Of a DNA stretch of 23,287 bases, positions 22,620 to 23,287 are shown piece after piece. The notes beneath the pieces were generated by a model, which saw nothing but the letters and a program-made list of their open reading frames with translations, did not search any database and was not told where the DNA came from. Source of the DNA: an uncultured virus (IMG/VR IMGVR_UViG_3300038415_000320) (lineage: Duplodnaviria; Heunggongvirae; Uroviricota; Caudoviricetes); the IMG/VR virus record IMGVR_UViG_3300038415_000320. One strand, given 5' to 3'. Position 1 is the stretch's first letter; each line of letters starts with the position of its first letter. The translations under genes and the position numbers were made by a program.

Positions 22620-23287
22620 GCCTCCCAGAGCCCGCCGCCCTCGACCTCCGCCTGTCGGCCCATGGCACATAGCGAAGCCCTGCCATGCACATGCCCAGGT
22701 ACTCCAACCACCTGCCAAGCCCACCAGCCCAGGCGCTCCAGCGCCAAGCCTCCCAGCTCGCAGCCAGAGCCATCGCCTCCCAGCTCGCCGCCAGAGCCCG
22801 CCGCCTTCGACCTCCGCCTGCCAGGCGCGAGCCCGAGCCCTCCAGCCTCGCCCGCCAGCCAGGCACACCAGCGCCAGGTCCGCCAGCGCCCTCCCCCTGC
22901 GACACGCCTGCCAGGCCAGAGCCCGAGCCCTCCAGCCTCGCCTCGCCCACCAGCTCGCCGCCAGAGCCCGCCGCCAGAGCCCTCCGCCTGTCGGCCCATG
23001 GCCCATAGCAAACGCCTGCCAGGCGCGAGCCCAGGCCCTCCAGCCCATCCCCCACCTCGCCTCCCAGCTCGCTGCCAGAGCCCGCCGCCATCGACCGCCA
23101 GACCAGCGCGCTGCCAGAGCCCGCCGCCATCGACCGCCAGACCAGCGCGCATGTCCACTACCGGCCAGGCCCACCACCTTCCCGCCTCGCCCAAGACCTA
23201 CCAGCTCGAACCCTCCAGCCCGATCCCTCCAGACATCGACTGCTAGCTTCCTACCCCCACCCACCAGGCAAGCGACATAACCTGCCA
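22620..23287. repeat. C-rich, high-GC mosaic of direct repeats, probably non-coding
   Basis: CCAGAGCCCGCCGCC at 22625, 22791, 22961, 23075 and 23114. A 39-bp perfect tandem duplication at 23071-23148. Paired blocks CCTCCGCCTGTCGGCCCATGGC, CGCCTGCCAGGCGCGAGCCC and GCCCGAGCCCTCCAGCCTCGCC. Confidence 0.85.

Noticed and set aside
22625..23148. CRISPR-like array
   Set aside because: The repeat is only 15 bp, spacing is irregular (39-170 bp), the intervening sequences are themselves repeated and no cas genes are present.
22480..23264. Several long overlapping ORFs on both strands
   Set aside because: These are low-complexity translations of a high-GC repeat field that lacks stop codons by composition; no frame stands out.
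1..23287. Alternative genetic code, tRNA genes, integrase or transposase
   Set aside because: Conserved genes are uninterrupted in the standard code with all three stops used, and I recognised no cloverleaf or recombinase motifs.

Overview
Gene-dense (~50% GC) fragment of an uncharacterised bacterial virus or virus-like linear element, covering its replication and early-gene region. No tRNA, rRNA, CRISPR array, integrase, terminase or tail genes are visible. Two arms diverge from an inverted-repeat promoter region at about 15.2 kb. The leftward arm (1-15111, minus strand) encodes a putative OB-fold SSB, a beta-rich protein that may be a single jelly-roll capsid-type protein, a wHTH-HerA/DUF87 ATPase, a histone-H1-like protein with 21 KKPAKPAP repeats, a MazG-like NTP-PPase, a protein-primed-type family B DNA polymerase with unusual motif variants, an NDT-like protein, a stand-alone Fis HTH, a second Lys-rich protein with a duplicated CPVPGC..C..H finger, a DUF2786 protein and a stand-alone PolB-type 3'-5' exonuclease. 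The rightward arm (15289-22478, plus strand) encodes a SNF2/HARP-like helicase, a ParB-like protein, an RHH protein, a second DUF2786 protein, several Zn-finger microproteins and a stand-alone NrdJ C-terminal (TSCPD) domain. The window ends in a C-rich, probably non-coding mosaic of direct repeats, a candidate origin or terminal region. The host may be a myxobacterium (inference). Most notable are the pPolB + HerA ATPase + possible SJR protein combination and a chromatin-like set of basic DNA-binding proteins encoded with SNF2 and ParB. All family calls come from motif recognition by eye; no searches were run.
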